Origin: Vitrella brassicaformis CCMP3155
Taxonomy: Eukaryota > Protista > Chromerida
Length of the DNA: 45,311 nucleotides
NCBI GenBank assembly: GCA_001179505.1
Contig: CDMY01000598.1
Location: 1 to 45,311 of the forward strand
Reading direction: 5' to 3'
Position numbers and translations under genes: made by a program. The notes below the pieces were generated by a model. The model saw only the letters and a program-made list of their open reading frames with translations. It made no database searches and was not told the DNA's origin. Positions 44,801 to 45,311 of this stretch are shown in pieces; the first letter of the stretch is position 1; each line of letters opens with the position of its first letter.

Positions 44801-45311
44801 GTTTGTGTCCACCCAGTTGCCAGCAGCACCACCTCCCCGCCCGCCTCCCCGCCCCCCGTCCAAGAGCAGCCCCACCGCCAGAGAGAACGAACTCGATGAA
44901 CGGGAGAAAGACGCGTGTACGCATCCACACACGCAGAGAGAATGTGAGTGCTTTGCAGAATGAGCATTTCTCTCCCTCTCTGTCTGTGTCAGGTGTCAAG
45001 GAGTTGAAGGCCCAGGAGAGGGCTGATTGTCCACCAATATCGCTGCCCACATTTTATATTCTGCCGTCTCTTGTCTGGAGTGTACCATCCCGCCCCTCCC
45101 CAGCGGCCCCGACCTTCTCAGACAGGTGCGTACGCCAGAGACACAGACGAACACCACAGGCTGAGACCAAACAGGTCACAAACACACACACGGAAGCCCC
45201 CATTCATTGCGTTGCTAACTAATGTCGCTCTTCAGCTGGAGCAGTTGAACCGTGCCCTCCGCGAGGAACTACAGAAGGCCCGCAGCGAGACCAATAAGGT
45301 AGACACACACT
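38806..45311 (+). CDS. Large coiled-coil repeat gene (or gene/pseudogene array) made of tandemly duplicated 3-4-exon cassettes; incomplete at the 3' end
   Basis: Six copies of exon A (..LYEER/LYEDR..G), exon B (E-x-C..D(L/M)H.GAV.G(I/V)..LL.S.K...E.A..N(Q/E)) and exon C (KKLL..I.GL.AKI.ELEQ) with conserved introns. Junctions between cassettes are unresolved and one copy has an indel. Confidence 0.6.
40040..40339. other. Assembly gap, 300 N, inside the exon-cassette array
   Basis: N run in the sequence. Confidence 0.99.
43785..44084. other. Assembly gap, 300 N, inside the exon-cassette array (about 139 bp in the paralogous copy)
   Basis: N run; flanks match 39375 and 39515. Confidence 0.97.

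Noticed and set aside
1-45311. tRNA, rRNA or transposase/reverse-transcriptase genes
   Set aside because: No cloverleaf, rRNA-like stretch or RT/integrase/transposase motif was recognised by eye; short ncRNAs cannot be excluded without a covariance-model search

Overview
This is intron-rich, GC-rich eukaryotic genomic DNA with four 300-N placeholder gaps. Short GT-AG introns full of (AC)n/(GT)n/(ATCC)n, an ApiAP2-type gene and orphan genes suggest an alveolate, most likely a chromerid such as Vitrella (inference). It opens with a palindromic ~41-bp satellite. The genes follow in mostly head-to-head pairs: RTCA(-)/RPL6(+); single-domain voltage-gated cation channel with EF-hand(-)/orphan(+); HMG-box+BDP1(-)/orphan(+); small hypothetical(-)/multi-AP2 factor(+); PEX10(-)/XPA(+); atypical NAD-dependent epimerase/reductase(-)/eIF2-gamma(+). 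VPS45(+) and a tandem array of a duplicated exon cassette encoding coiled-coil repeats follow, the latter running off the end. The most notable observations are: (1) an 8-mer TGCGAGCT found, by manual reading, only in promoter intervals, and in all eight of them; (2) a probable HMG-box/BDP1 fusion gene; (3) a 6TM TMEGW-filter channel; (4) a seven-AP2-domain protein with an (A-B)x3 layout; (5) 5'-(AC)n/3'-(GT)n intron polarity. Gene models were built by eye, so boundaries of non-conserved exons are approximate.
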